A stretch of DNA of 64,000 nucleotides, from the NCBI GenBank assembly GCA_973895155.1, contig OZ316892.1, positions 19,353,769-19,417,768 on the forward strand, written 5' to 3'. This DNA comes from Marsupella aquatica (taxonomy: Eukaryota; Plantae; Marchantiophyta). The position numbers and the translations under genes are program-made. The notes below the pieces were generated by a model. That model was given only the letters and a program-made list of their open reading frames with translations, was not told the origin of the DNA and made no database searches. Positions 62,301-64,000 of this stretch are shown in pieces. The stretch's first letter is position 1. Every line of letters starts with the position of its first letter.

Positions 62301-63992
62301 ATGAACCAGATGGAGTCTGTCATCATTGCAGAGCTCGACAAGGAGCTAAAAGCAACCCAGGAGGAGAGGACTACCTTGAAACAAGAACGGGAGGAAGCCC
62401 AGAAGGAACTAGAGGAGGCACGCAAGGACCTGGATGAGACCCAGGAGGAGTTGGAGGAAATCACGAGGAAGATGGAGAACCTCCAGCGGCGGGCCGACAA
62501 CCAAACGGAGCGGCTGAAGAAACAAGCCGCAGTATTTAGGTGCTTGTCTTCATCAGGCCCAACTCCAATTGGGGCAACCAAGTTACCAGGAGTGGTACTG
62601 GCCGAAGAAAAAGCCGCACCAACTGCACCAGTGCCAGAGATAAGTGGGAAGGGGAAGGGACCAGCTGCCGAACCAGAAAAGAAGAAAAAGCGGAAACCTT
62701 CAGGGTCAAGGAGTAATCCGACTCCACAAGCCGTGGTGACCAAAGAGGTAGAACCAGCACCATCCTCCGACATGAATACGGCAATAGATCCCGCTATGAT
62801 CACAGGTAGGGATGGTGCGGCCCAAGCCGAACTACTCAGTAAGGAGGCCAGTATTCCAGATCCGCCTCTTGAGCAGGCCGGGGAGACCGTAGCCGAGGCT
62901 GAGGCCGTAACCGATTCTCAAGCCGATGCCGACGCCGATGGTGGACCCAGTCAGGCCGATGGAGAGTTGACTCAGTCAAGGGCAGGTAATCTGTCAGGGA
63001 ATGAGCCTACGGCAGTGGCTGAGGAGGAAGCGTTGGGGGCGTCCATTAAGGATCCACCACCGGTGTCGTGACGGTGCAAGGGCGCCGTTCCTTTTAGGGA
63101 GGGCGGACGTGGAGGGAGGAGGCGTGAGTGGGCAGGGCGGGCATGGATCTCCACGTTTAGGATTAGGATCAGAACCAGGAGCGGCCCTGACACTTAGCTT
63201 AGTGGGATTGCGGTCCCACTGGTAGGAGCAACACTTGTGCTCCTGCCTTGCTGTACATAGGTAGATTCGGGCAAGTAGATTACTGTTAAGTAGATTAGGC
63301 TTACGATGCAAAGAATGGCGGATCCACTACCAGGATAAGTACCTGGGCAGCGGGGAGCTCAGGGCCTCTTCTTTAGCAAGTTTTTAGTTTGCACCAGCCG
63401 GGCTGGGATCAAGTAGTACGAGAAGCTCTCGGTTAGTCATACAGTGACCCTTGTGTATATTCATGTTTCCTCATGCCTAAGAGCTGAATAGAGTTGGCCT
63501 CACGGCTTAGTTCGCAGAACTTGTGTATGAGATGTACTGTTTGTATGGCAAGTGCATGGTATGACTCAGTCAGAATGAGTCATTTTGCTATTTGTGTGTC
63601 GCATTAACTTGTGTGAAGAGTGCCCACATCAACAGAAGGAAGGAAAGTAAGCAGGGGAGTGAGAGTTGGATGTGTCGAGCTAAGAGAGGTCTTAGCGGCT
63701 TAACCAAGCCTATTGGGGATCATTCCGGCGGCGGAATCCAAACATACCTAACAAGACGGAGGGGAAGACAGGGGAAGACAGGGGAAGGCCTATATTAGGC
63801 CGGCTACGTATCTCATGACCCGATGAAGGATCTGTCCAGTATATGTGTGTAAAATGTTAATAGTAGTAGTAGAAGGTTAGCAGCGTCCCATGCCACTAAG
63901 CCACGGAAACGGCCTCGCCAAGCATGAAACCTGCGGGAATCGGCTTGAGCTGGGGGGTTTCTTGGGTGTAGGGAGCCATGGGACGCACCACA
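59324..63992 (+). mobile_element. Family A copy 3 (4669 bp): probable 5' LTR of an element continuing beyond the window
   Basis: TGTGATGCC...GCACCACA followed by TTTTTGGC, the same start as the family-B PBS, and not by a copy of the left flank AACTT. Confidence 0.92.
59439..63071 (+). pseudogene. LTR ORF of family A copy 3 (three TAG stops at 60135, 61002, 61947)
   Basis: Single frame colinear with 11184-14807. Each stop replaces a Gln codon of copy 1. Confidence 0.92.
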
Positions 63993-64000
63993 TTTTTGGC
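63993..64000 (+). promoter_or_regulatory. Start of a PBS (cut by the window edge)
   Basis: TTTTTGGC matches the first 8 nt after the family-B LTR. Confidence 0.7.

Overview
This is a eukaryotic, intron-containing window made almost entirely of nested transposable elements. It looks plant-like, and the element mix suggests a non-seed land plant (inference). I recognise no conventional host gene. Main contents: (1) Three related families of very long (4.0-4.7 kb) TG...CA LTRs, each carrying a long ORF inside the LTR. Family A occurs at 10263-14922 (solo, TSD TCCAT, intact ORF), 21736-26400 (solo) and 59324-63992 (followed by the start of a PBS). Family B is at 20362-29984, followed by a PBS and a Ty3/gypsy gag. 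Family C is at 31421-35421 (solo, TSD GGGAG). (2) Two Sola1-like DDD transposase pseudogenes flanking a spliced gene for a ParB/Srx-like domain fused to a beta-class amino-DNA-methyltransferase (40423-43466, minus). (3) A complete 10.5-kb CACTA/EnSpm element with CACAA termini (46184-56712, TSD CCA), whose transposase locus contains an in-frame SET-domain exon. (4) A Sola2-like transposase remnant, two ~345-bp MITEs with 4-bp TSDs, two smaller LTRs and a decayed gene built from tandem exon-intron modules. Family and domain assignments come from motifs read by eye, not from database searches.
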